Made by a program: the position numbers and the translations under genes | Notes under the pieces: generated by a model | Told to the model about the DNA's origin: nothing | The model's input: only the letters and a program-made list of their open reading frames with translations | Database searches by the model: none | In this document: in pieces, positions 13,427-25,500 of the stretch | Position numbering within the stretch: the first letter of the stretch is position 1 | How the letters are laid out: the number at the start of each line of letters is the position of its first letter | Assembly (NCBI RefSeq): GCF_964194025.1 | Contig: NC_134468.1 | Coordinates: 42,408,001-42,472,000 of the forward strand | Direction of reading: 5' to 3' | Source of the DNA: Convolutriloba macropyga | Taxonomy: Eukaryota | DNA: 64,000 bases

Positions 13427-13451
13427 TTAAAAAAAAATAGCAAGGAATTAC

Positions 13452-14410
13452 CTGAGAGATCTGTTCTCCACTTGCAAATTATTACAACCAAGACATGTGC
13501 TGCATGGTCTGTTACTGTTGCTATTAGTGATTCTACGTCGGTTACTCAACGATCGGCTGTGTCCTCCGGCGGAGCTTCCACCACTAGTTGTACTTCCACT
13601 TGGGGAGGGAAAAGGAGGTGAGTTTGAGAATGGGTCATAGTGGTCTCCTGCTGGCGAGAGTCCTGATACTGAGGATCGCCTTCTTCGCGAGCCAACCATG
13701 TGCCCTCCACTTGAATTATTAGGTGCGTTATGACGATTCGCAGACACTCGCCCGCTCGGAACGCTGTGAAATGTTTCATTTGGTGTATGATGTGGCTGCA
13801 AAGGTTCATCTGGAGACTGAATTTCAAACACTCCACTAGAAGTGGCTTTCATTCTCTTGATTAGCGGCGGAGATTCGTCCAAATCTTGCTCAAACCTCGC
13901 ATTCGAGGAACTGTGGAGTGAATGATTCGAGCTCGAACGTGGCGAAGGTGATAAGGGTGCTGAGATATTGTTCAAATGCAGGTATCTGCATGTTTCCCGA
14001 CGCAGGCAAATTCCCTTTAGGTAATCTCTACACAGAGGTATAGCCCCATTCAATGCCTCCACATCGGCTGATTGCATTTTCAGGCCATTTGACCGCGCAA
14101 CCAAAATTCTCTCTGGCAAATTTCCGTTAGTTGCATAATCTCTAACTTCGCTGGGTGTTAAATGGAGGAATCTACAGTGAGTGCGAGGGCAAGATCCTCT
14201 TGCGAAATCGCGGCACACTGATACCTTGTCCTGTTGAAAATTCATGTCCGGATTTCTGTTCGGGTTCATGCTCTGATTACTTTGTGATGGATCTCTGGAT
14301 TGAACTGCATTGCTGACAATTCTTGGAGGATGTTCAAATCTGCAGTCTCCGTTCGTCCTCTGACATACATTTCGGAGGTAATCTCTACACACTAAGCCGT
14401 TTGTCTGCAT
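13452..14410 (-). CDS. ZC3H10: ZC3H10-like CCCH zinc-finger protein, exon 1 of 3 (three fingers)
   Basis: CRDYLRNVC-x6-C-x3-H, CRDFARGSC-x4-C-x3-H and CRDYLKGIC-x5-C-x3-H. Acceptor tctttcag at 14440-14441; first in-frame ATG at 14410. Donor AG|gtaatt, phase 2. Confidence 0.85.
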
Positions 14411-14625
14411 AATTGTCTTTCTATGTTGCTCATTTGGCACTGAAAGAAATCACAATAAAATGCCACAAATTTTATCCACAAGGACACAAGCAGTCAATTA
14501 CAGCAGAAAATCAATTTAAATGTGAATCGTTATGCAAATCATTACCACTTTCGTCAAACTCATCAATAGATAGTCTAGAGAGCAAAACCTTTATGATTTT
14601 AAAAAACGCTAGCTTCAAAAATTGG

Positions 14626-14631
14626 TTTATT
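14626..14631 (-). promoter_or_regulatory. Putative DBR1 polyadenylation signal
   Basis: AATAAA on the minus strand about 100 nt after the DBR1 stop and about 185 nt before the ZC3H10 acceptor. Confidence 0.5.
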
Positions 14632-14731
14632 CTAGTTTCTGTGAAAAAGAAATCAAAAACAAATTCAACAGTCAAACTGAACAATATATTACGACGCACC
14701 AAAAATAATCCAAAACATTGAATAAAAGGTC

Positions 14732-15394
14732 TCATGTTGAAGTATCATTTCTTGCTATAGTGTTTCTCCTTTTGAAAGTTTTGGCAACAATTGGTGTAGA
14801 ATGAATGAAACCTCCACTTTCAGAAGTAACTGAAATATCCACTTTCTTATCTGAAGTCTTGTCTTTCGGATCATCACCAATGGCGCTAATATCGATAGCC
14901 GACGGATCCGTCCTTGATTGCTCCAACGTCGAATTCAATGACTTAAACACTTCTGATTCGTCAGCTAATGGCAATGACGATTTTGAAAAGCTCTCCATGA
15001 AAAATTCTTCAACTCCATCAAAACCACTTTTAGCTTGTTCATTACCACTATCATCGCCAGAGGAACATCCAAGGTCAAGCTCATTAGGGTCATTGCCTGT
15101 GATATTAGAAGCTTTATCAGAGCCAAAAAAGGAACCGCGATTCCTTCTATTTCCTGGTGTTGAACTAAAGGACGTTACAAAGCTCAAATCCGAACTGTTG
15201 AAATCATCACCACAAGACGATCTTGCATTTACAGATATTGATCCTGACTCAACAAGTTTAAAGTATTCAACAATTGGGTTTTTAATTTCTAATTTATCAC
15301 ATAACTCTTGGGTGTAATCATTGTTGGCCATCGGAGGCTGCGGAACATTTATTCGAACTTGGGGATTCACGCGGGGGTCGTAGGGTGCGACAGT
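14732..15394 (-). CDS. DBR1: DBR1 exon 5 of 5 (end of the DBR1 domain plus acidic/Ser-rich tail; about 591 aa in total)
   Basis: Acceptor tgtttcag|ACT, phase 0. TVAPYDP...YTQELCDKLEI resembles the DBR1 domain end. DPNELDL and terminal FKRRN resemble metazoan DBR1 tails. Confidence 0.85.
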   Translation of the reverse strand, partial: TVAPYDPRVNPQVRINVPQPPMANNDYTQELCDKLEIKNPIVEYFKLVESGSISVNARSSCGDDFNSSDLSFVTSFSSTPGNRRNRGSFFGSDKASNITGNDPNELDLGCSSGDDSGNEQAKSGFDGVEEFFMESFSKSSLPLADESEVFKSLNSTLEQSRTDPSAIDISAIGDDPKDKTSDKKVDISVTSESGGFIHSTPIVAKTFKRRNTIARNDTST

Positions 15395-16145
15395 CTGAAA
15401 CAGATGGAAACTTGAAACGAGTTTTTGTTTCACCAACACTCAATCATATGCGCTTGCTCATCGCCTTCCAACTTCCAAGCTGCAGAAGTTTCATCGGCAA
15501 AAAATTATTCTGAAAAAAATTGATCTCGAAGTACAGCTTTCATAATCTTTTTTTTTCAAATTTGACACAAGTAATCACTTATTAAACTGCTACAAAAAAC
15601 AACCGTTATACAAAATCGCTCACACAAAATTTTGCGACAAAATCAGATACATTACAGATCCGGAAAATAAGTGCATGAAATCAAACGTGTTAGCTAAATT
15701 TTGCTTATGATCAAAGCTTGGATTGCGTATAGGCAAATAATTTTATAGGCACAACTAAATAGTAGTCGTATAAATTAACGACTCGCAATTCGCCGTACAC
15801 AAATTCCAAAAGACGGAAAGAAATTTACGAAGACCAAGTCTGCCTAAGTTCTTGAAAATTGAAATCGGATAAAAAGTTCCTCAGAACGACAAGATCAGGT
15901 TAAGAAAAACCCAACTTGTTCCGCAATGAATTAAATACCAAAACTCAAGACCTAATGCTACTGAATCAATTAGCGAAATTTAAATTAAAACATAGTTTAA
16001 TACTAAATTCTCCATCAAATATTTATATTACCAAGGTCGAATAGTCAGATGTTGAATTTAGAGTGACCACAAAATTTTAGCTACACACGGTGGTCAATTG
16101 CGCCTGATATTCGCTGGGGAAGGGGAAAATTGCGACAAAATATTT

Positions 16146-18446
16146 AACATAGCCGGCAGATTGCCGGAATAGCTGCGAAAGAATAGACCTGCGTGCCATA
16201 TAATTTAGATAGAAACTCTAAATTGAAAAAAAAATCGACGCCGCTCAAAAAACTAGGTAAAAAACATTTAGCGATTAATTAATAAAGCTTGTTAAAATTC
16301 ATTCCGCAGAAGCTCTTATTAAGGACTTTTACTGCAAATATGAGTTCCTTTGACCTTAAACAAATTCAAATTAAACTTAAGTTTTAAAGAGCAAAAGTCA
16401 TTTTATTGAATGAGGTAAGTCACGTATGATCAAAATCTAATCATGCCAATAAACTAAAAACTTTTGCTAAAGCGAGTGAGAAATGACGTCACGCGCGCAA
16501 ATGTCGTTAGTGAGAGGGGGAAGTCATTCAGAAAATTTGACATTTTCAGCTTTGCTGTGTGAACAAATGCAAAGCGAAAAGGCGTCAGACGACGAAACAA
16601 AAAACATAGCAGGACAAGTCCTGACGTACAATTCAAAGAATTCTCATTGACTAAACAAAAAACTAGACCTGGCATGAACTATGAATGGATTGGGAAAACC
16701 ATTCAGAAAATCCGATCCAAAAAATCGAAAAAAAAGTAAGAACCAAAGTGAAATTGCCACATGTGAACAAAAAACCACTAGCGAGAACGCGAATTTTTGC
16801 TCAAACGCCGTTTTCTCACTCTACTTTAAAACTAGAGCGAAAAAAATTTACGCCGCAAAACCACTCGCTTTTTCGCTCCACTTCCTGTGTCGGCGTGACC
16901 AAAATCACCACTTCAAAAATCATGAAAATGTGTGAACAGATCTTAAAAAAAACATAGCCGGAAGAATTCCGGAAACGACTCGAAGGAGAAAACTGCCCAT
17001 CCTTATGACTAAACAACTGACCAAATATTGTGAACCCTGAACCTCCATAAATGCCATAAAAATTAAGGAAGAATAGAAACGCCATTCAAAAACAAATTGA
17101 ACAAAAAACAATAAAAACTTCAGTTTTTTTAACTTGAGTTTTTTATAGTACAAGGAAACATAAAGCCGAAAAAAATTCCTTTGCAATTAGAGCAATGAAA
17201 AGCTCGCAAAACAACGGGCAAGTCATATAAGGCTAAGAAACTTGTCTAAGATTAAAACATAGCTGGCAGATTGCCAGAAAATAGCCGCAATAGATTCGTA
17301 GATCGGCAGTCTAAAAAAAACAGTAAAAAAGACAGACCAAAAAAAAAATCGTCTTTTCATTGAAGGCTAATCTGTTATATTTTGATTCAAAATCGGTAAA
17401 GTTATTGCTGCCTCTATTAGCTGATCTCAAATAACCTTCATTTAGAGTGACACACACCCATTTGACCTCATCTCTTTGAATTAAAGTAAATAAAAGTCAA
17501 TTTCAAAGTGAGGAAGTCATTTTTGAGAGTGAGGTAAGTCAAGTGTGACCAAAAATTTAATCACGCGCATGAACAAAAAAACTCGCTCCACTAAGAGCGA
17601 AAAATGACGTCACACATGCAATTCAGTTGAAATTGCATGAGCGAATGAACAAAAAGTGGCTGTGACGTCATATGGTCGTAACAAAAATCATGACGACGAA
17701 ATAAAAAAAAACCAAGAGAAGGCCAATAATAGCCCCAGCTATCGCTGTGCGGCTATTAAAAAGAAAACCTTCAAAAAATAAGAAAGATGGTTTTAAAATT
17801 TCTCAATTTTTCCGTCAATTTTCCTCAGAAAAAATGAGTTATCCCAAGAAAACTTTAGTCAAATGATATCTGAATATTTCTTAACAAGCTTTTATCCAAA
17901 TCCCACTTAAAGCATTATAACAAAAACAGGCAAAAAATCATTAAATTTCGTCTAAAAATCAGCAAAACTGATCAAATACCTCCAAATTAGCATTAAACTC
18001 AGAATTAACTACTTGAACCTTCAATTCCTATCAAAACAAGCCTAAAACTAATACAATATCATAATCAAGCCTCATAACCATTAAAAGTTGCAAAAAACTG
18101 CTTTTAAAAGCCGCACGTGAACAAAAAAATTTCGCTCGCTTAGATAAAATTTTTTCACTTGTCAATTTCTCGCTCTCTCAAAAACAGCGGTATGAACAAA
18201 AACCACTCTCTTTTCGCTCCGCTCTCAACTTTTGTTCAGCACCAAAATCACTCCAAATTTTTTCACGCGTTTCATTTCCCGCTTCAAAAATCACTCCAAT
18301 AAAATTGATTTAAAAAAAAGGACTTCTCCAATACTCCTCTTCGAGTCGTAAAAACAGCGCCCCAATACAATTCAAATTCTTTGAGTTGTAAAAAACCAAG
18401 AGCACCGCAATATAGCTTCGCTCAGCTTACAGCTTCGCAGCTATAA
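16146..18446 (-). mobile_element. Four-level nest of Helentron-like elements F[B[C[A]]]
   Basis: Left ends at 16146 (F), 16603 (B), 16951 (C) and 17256 (A). Matching right ends appear in reverse order at 17759 (A), 18350 (C), 18390 (B) and 18444 (F). Confidence 0.85.
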
Positions 18447-20618
18447 AAACAAAAAAGCCATTTTGGCACGCTTTTGACGACCATTAGTAGTTAGCCGCCG
18501 CAATTAACAGCTCAAATTCTGAATGAGAGCAATGTAGATCATGAAAAGATCAAGCAACCACGCGCGAAACAATCTGATTTGAGAACAATAAAAGCACAGA
18601 GTCAGCTCTAGAAGGAGAAATATTTGAAGGAGAAATCGTGAAGTTCAGCAATTCACGATTGATTCTCACTTCAACGCACGATTTAGTCAAAACTATTTTT
18701 AGGTCATTCCGTAGTTATACATACTCAAGTTAGAGATACAAGGACAAGTATCAAGACCACTAAGCATTAGAGATGACAATTAAGACTTATAAGAACAAAT
18801 TTCAAGTAGTGGTCAACAAAAATTGGGCTTTGTGGGTTTATCCTGTTTATATTCATAATTTCGTTTTTTTTTCATCTGACTCGTTCATTTTGCGATTGCT
18901 TTGCTGAGCAACTACTGGTCAAAAGCGCTTTGATCAGAATGAGCGAAGAATAAAACTAAACTAGAGAAGTCAAAAAGACAAAGCTAAAACTTGAACAAAA
19001 AATTGATTTACGGTTAATCCAATATAATTTTTAATCCACGACGTGAAGAAAACATAGCCGGCCAACTCCTGAATTGAGATCTAAAAAATGATTTGACAAG
19101 ACTTATCTTTAGATAGTCAACTTTAATCTGTCGATAAAAGTGTCAAAATAGAAAAACGGCTGCCATCAACAAGTGCCTAATCAAATTCAACTATTCCTCG
19201 ATGAGAACCGATGGATTCTGTCATTAATGAGATTAAGTGATAAGACAGCAACAAGTACAACGAACACCAGCAAGACTCAAATCTTCACTCAAATCATTAA
19301 AAGCAATAGCTATCAACTCAAACAATAAATTTATTCATCGTGGCAACAGTTGAGACCTGTCAATAATGATATAATGAGATAACAAAAAAACTAGCAAAAC
19401 TCAAAAATTCTCCAACAATTGGTGTCAAAGTCATGGAAAGCAATAGTTTTGAACTAAAAAAAACCACAATTGATTAAAATATCCCCTACTAGTAACCTAT
19501 GTGACCTGCCTTCAAGATATTTAATGAAAAAACAAAACTCCAGAACTCATTAAAAAAATTTTGCGGACAAAGTCAAAGTAATTAAAACCACTAACCATGA
19601 ATTAGAAGGATTAGGTAGGTTAATTTACGCCTAACTATCCGCCAACGAGACCTGTTATTAATGATAAAAAAGTAAAACACCTCAGGAAAAAATAATAAAG
19701 GTGAAAAAAAAAATCAAATATTCAGTAAAATTTCATAACGAGTGTCAAAGTCATAAAAAGGATGAGCTGCCCGTTGATGAAGCCAAATTTTAAATAGGCG
19801 TACTAGAACACATCATATTAAAAGCACTCAAGAGATGAAACACTGCAGAGAGTCAAACTGCCGCATGTGCAAAAAAAAAACGATACAAAAACCAAAAACT
19901 TGTTCAGATACCAATTTTAACACCACTTTTGAGGTGTTTACAAATCTTTAAAAAACACCATTCAAACCAAATCTTTTGAAGGCAAAAAGTGTAAAGATCT
20001 TTTAAAAAATATATTCTCAATAATTGTATAAATTGAAATAGAAAAGTGACCACCCTACGTCCAATCGACTTCCCATATTTCATTTTCGCAAAAAATTTTT
20101 ATTACTACTTCTGCTGAGGCATTTACCCTCTTAGAATTTGGCAGAAACATACTCAACAAAAATGCAAAACCCAAAAAAAACGAAAAAAGTAAATTTAAAT
20201 TAGTTACTTCAGCTAAAAGTGCACTGTGTAGGCTTCAAGGGCGCGTACAAAATTTTATAGAGCAAAATCTATAGAGTACCTTTCTTGTTCAAACTAAAGA
20301 TTTAACCAGAAAAACTATAGAGAGAAGCTCCTGGTACATTAACCATTAAGCTACACGGACTATGTACGCTCTTCGCCCCCGAACAGTTTTGTTTTAGCAA
20401 GATTTAATCTCTGAATGCGCGCGATTCAAACCACTCAAAAAAGGGAGGTCAGGCGTGAAAATGTCACTCAAAAAAATCCAAAGAATGTTTGGAATCCAAT
20501 GAATGTTTGGAATCCAAAGAATCCAAGGAAACGGTCGAACGTGTACAATAACTACTTCAAACTTCGTTTGAGAGCAATTAAATACTCAAGAGCGAAAAAA
20601 CCATTGTATTAGCCGTAT

Positions 20619-21056
20619 TAACAATACCGCCTAACGTCGGAAAAAATGCTCTCAAACGACCGGCTTCAGTAATAGCCTACTGGGGCTGAGGGATGTTAAC
20701 GTTAAGGGTGGGGTTAAGCTGAGTGATCAAGCTTTGGTAGGGGGGACAGGGGGGTCAAACTTAGCTGAGTGATCAAGCTTTGGGGGGGGGGGGGGGGGAC
20801 AGGGGGTCAAACTTTTAAGATTAGGAATCCCCGTTCACACCATGAAATTGTCTCCTCCTGGTGAATGGCATACTTAGATACTGATAAGGCTCTAAGGGAG
20901 ATGCTCAGTCACTTAACGCCCTCCGGGCTTTGCCTGTTTATCCCATTTTAGGAACGAAAAGTTAAAGGGTCAGACTAAAAACAGGTCAAGCGATAATTGC
21001 ATAGAAAACAACCACAGGACTAATATAATTGCTAAACTTCGTTTGAGAGCAATTAA
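20619..21056 (-). mobile_element. Helentron-like family E element
   Basis: Intact subTIR pair TGCTCTCAAACGA/TCGTTTGAGAGCA, terminal hairpin, and an internal duplication of about 45 bp with a poly-G run. Confidence 0.75.
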
Positions 21057-21467
21057 TTAACAAAACCCTCAACAACAATTAGATTTTAAAGCCATAGCCA
21101 GAAGACCCCGGAAACAAATCAAAGTTAATTTTTCTAAAGGATAATAACAGAAATTAAATCTAGAGACAAAATTGAATGTAAGGTGGCCAAAAAAAACTTT
21201 CTTTAGCTTCTCACCTTCATAATTCAACCCAAGCCTCAATCACGTATAGACATTCATTTGAGAACAAGTAACATCCATCGTCCACAATGATCTGTAATTA
21301 ATCTTGTTTCAGATCTTCAAACTAAGTTAACACCACGAATTCTTCCCAATTGCCTCATATTCAAAATTGCCAAAGTTTCAAATGTATGACTTTCCTAACT
21401 AGAACTTAATTTCAAGTTTGGTTTCCTATGAGAAAAATTTAACTCAGGATTAAGAATTTTTACTCAC

Positions 21468-21785
21468 GATTTTAAATTTGTTTTCTGATATGATTAAACT
21501 GCTCTCTGATGGAAAAGCCTCTTCTACACTTTTCCTGCTACTCCTCAAAACAGCTTCATCTACAGGTTGCCGTGGCATTTGGACAGCTGATGGATACACT
21601 GACAAGAGGCTATCTGTCGCCTTTAATATTGAGAGCCACTCAATGTCATGTTTGAGGAATGCGTTCTGTGGCGTCTTCGGTTCTTTGCAGGACAAAGTGA
21701 GAAATTGTACGAAGGGTCTGTTGGGCAAGACTTTGTCTAAGGCTAGAAATCGGGTTACTCTGTAACCGTTGATAGTATTGTCTAT
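21468..21785 (-). CDS. DBR1: DBR1 exon 4 of 5
   Basis: TRFLALDKVLPNRPFVQF...HDIEWLSILKATD, the DBR1 C-terminal domain. Boundaries tttag| and |gtgagt, phase 0. Confidence 0.92.
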
Positions 21786-22021
21786 CTAAACAAAACATTG
21801 CTACTTCAAACTAGATAGTAAATTGAATTCGGGTATCTCTTGAGACGTCATGTTATCAAGCTTCTTCACGCCCCAGATTGCATACCTCAATATCAAACAT
21901 TTTAACAAAAAAAATAAGCTCTTCGTTCAAGCTATGGATTTCGCATAAAATTTAGATTAAAGCTTCAGTTCACGCACGATTTAGTCAGCACGCACAGAGC
22001 ATGCAAGTAGGTTCAACTAAC

Positions 22022-22197
22022 AAATGGAATATTTCGCTTTGGGGTGTCCTCCCCTCCCTCGTCGTCATGGGGGAATACTGCAGCAAATTTAGCATGTAAA
22101 TGAGCTGCAAAATAGTAGGACGGTTTGACCGCCTTCAAAATTGACAAGTTTGCCTCACTCCCCAACTCATTCTTTGCTATGTCATCAGCCAGGAATT
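22022..22197 (-). CDS. DBR1: DBR1 exon 3 of 5
   Basis: LGS...KPSYYFAAHLHAKFAA metallophosphoesterase motif. Boundaries ttaacag| and |gttagt. Confidence 0.93.
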
Positions 22198-22509
22198 CTG
22201 TTAACAATAAAGAAAAATTAATTTAAAACAACTAAGACAATAACTGAGCGGCTTTTTGTTGAACTAAAGAGTTAGACACTGAGCCTAGTTGTAGAATTCG
22301 CAATTTTAGGCCATGTAAGTTTAAACCTGAGACATTAATGAACTAGTTGAAAATGACCAATAATTTGTGCTATTTACATGAAATGGAACTGTGTTTAGTT
22401 CAAATGTCAAATTGTTGAACAATAAATGTTGATTGTAGCTTTGTTCATAAATTAATGAATTGCGAAAAGACCGGCAATTCTCTAACAGATCTCTTAACGT
22501 GATCTTTAA

Positions 22510-25500
22510 AACATACCCGGCAGATTGCCGGAAAATAGCCGCCGATGATTCCATTAAGCATGATTGGGATTGAAAGAATAGATATTGAAAAAAAAAGATT
22601 CTTGTACAAAAACATTTTTGAAGTCCGATTTATTTTGATGGCATTTCGTAGTTGAACAACATAGCTAGCAGATTGCCAGAAAATAGCCGCAATAGATTCG
22701 TAGACCGAAAGAAAAAAAAAACAGTAAAAAAGACAGACCAAAAAAAGTCGTCTTTTCATTGAGGCTGATCTGTTATATTTTGATTAACAAATCTGTATAA
22801 GTTATTGCTGCCTCTATTAGCTGATCTCTAATAACCATCATTTAGAGTGACACACGCCCATTTGACCTTATCTCTTTGAATTAAAGTAAATAAAAGTCAA
22901 TTTCAAAGTGAGGAAGTCATTTTTGAGAGTGAGGTAAGTCAAGTGTGACCAAAAATTTAGTCACGCGCATGAACAAAAAAACTCGCTCCACTAAGAGCGA
23001 AAAATGACGTCACACATGCAATTCAGTTGAAATTGCATGAACGAATGAACAAAAAGTGGCTGTGACGTCATATGGTCGTAACAAAAATCATGACGACGAA
23101 ATAAAAAAACATAGCCGGAAGAATTCCGGAAGCGACTCGAAGCACCAAAACTTCACGAAAAGTTGAAGCCATTACCTTTTGTATTAAACCATTAATTCAT
23201 TATCTCACCCCGGGTCTGATCTAAAAATCGGTGAAATTTAAACCACTGTCACCAAGAGAAAGAAAATGCAGCAAAACTTTATTATTGAAAACGTTTGGTA
23301 ACGTTAAAAAAGTCTGAAATTTTTAGGATGGTCAAAAAATTGATAGCCTGACAAAGCTGAGAGGGCCATCAATTGCCCTCAGATAATTAATGATTCTAAT
23401 CTCAAAAAGATCGCGAAAGCAAACGGCAGATAAAAACTTTTCAAAAAAGATAGGAAAGTCAAAATTATTCAAAAAAGTGCTCAAAATTAAGAATCAGAGA
23501 ACCACTACAATTAGATTTTTAATCACGGCAATTAAGATAAAAACAATACATAATTCTTCCTTGTTGTATATATGCTAGACAACATGATTTCATGCTAATT
23601 CAAAAATTAAATTAATCAGAAAAAAAAGCAACAGAATAATATTCAAAGGCAAAAAACCGTCTAAAAACAATACCAAGCCCGGAAGAAAATTGCAATGAAT
23701 AGTAATAAGTAGAAATGTTGGAAAAGACTGGTACTGCCTTATTTTGACTTAAATCAATTGCAAACCGAAGAAACCAAGATCTAAGAAAAAGCTGAATTCA
23801 TTCAATTTTTTAACAACTGAAAAAATCAATATAACGAATAAAAAAGTAGGTGCCAGGACAAAACTAGAATGATATAAACGAGAATGTGAAGAATATTGAC
23901 ACAATGTTAGGAACACCGTAACAAAAAGACCAATTCTTGATTTTTGAAAGTTAAAAATCAAATTTGAAAAAATCAAGAAAAACGAGTACATTTCATTGAT
24001 CAGCATTCGAGACATAGAAAAGACAACGAGTCATTCGAGACAAAATCCAACTTGCTGAACAGAATAAAACAAGAAAAAGCAGAATTCAGACACACGAAAC
24101 AATGAAACAATTTGCAAAAGTGGTCAAAAAAAATTTAAGACTGCATTTATGAAAAAAATGTATCTGTTTTTTCAAAAACTTAACATCACAAAAATGATTG
24201 AAATTTTATTGAAACGAAATTAAAGTCCATCGCGTTCCCCAAAAAACTATTTCTAGTAATTAAAAGCAAAATACAGACAAAAAACTGAAAAAAAAATGCC
24301 AAAAAACTACGAAAATTGGATTAGCAAATGTACAATTTTATGGAACAAAATTACATCGAGGTAGAAAGAGGCAATGAGTATATGAATTATCAAGTGGAAG
24401 TTGACATATTAACTGATTTTTGACAAAAAACAGCTAAAAGATCCAAAAATGAAGAAATTAATAGAAAAAAAGCCAAAAATTAACTAAAAAATCAAGAAAT
24501 ATGTGCCAATTTCGCATTTGAAACGCAATTTCAGGCTATGCAAAATACTGTGCTATCAATTTCCGGGGTTTACATTTCAACATAGCATCAATTAAAAATT
24601 ATTTCTACAAAAAAACCAAATTACAAGCAAAAAACTAGGCCACTTAGACGAAAAAACGGCTAAAAACCGTTATCTATATGTGCCATTCAGTCAAAAACTA
24701 CTTTTCAATGTCAAAAAGTCATTCACTAAACGCAGCGCATGATCAAAAAACTCCACTCGCTCAGAAAAAATTAGTTCACAGTGCAATTTTACTCGCTTTC
24801 GCTGAACGAAAACATCGTCTGAACGAATAGTACTTCCGGTAAAAAATAAACCTTAAGAACATAGCCGGAAGAATTCCGGAAGCAACTCGAAGCGTAAAAA
24901 CTTGACAAAAACCCTACTTTCAGCTGAAACCATTACCTTTTTTAATAAACCATAAACTCATTACCCCCCCCCCCCCCCGGTCTGATCTAAAAATTAGTGA
25001 AAACCACTGTCACCAAGAGAAACAAAATGCCGCAAAAAAATTTATTATTGAAAACGTTTGCTAAGGATAAGTGCAAAATAATTAGGATAGTCAAAACACT
25101 GATAGTCTCAAAAAAGCTGACAGGGCTATCAACTGCCCTCAAATAATTCATGATTCTAATCTCAAAAAGATCGCTAAAGCAAACGGCAGATAATAATAAC
25201 TTAGAAACTAAATTAAATTTTTCAAAAAATAAAGCTCAAAGTTAAGAATCAGAAAACTACTAGAGTTAGATTTCTCATCACTGCAATTAAGACTAAAACA
25301 ACATATACTTTTTTCTTCTTGTATATATGCTAGACAACATGATTTCAAACTAATTCAAATATTAAAATGATCATAGAAAAGCAACCGAGTAATATTTAAA
25401 GGCAAAAAAATGTTTAAGAACAATACCAAGGTCGGAAAATAATACAATAAAAAGTAATAAGTAGAAAATCTGGAAAACGCTTTCTAGTACACCCTTAGTA

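Noticed and set aside
14805-15317. 170-aa plus-strand ORF
   Set aside because: Antisense shadow of DBR1 exon 5.
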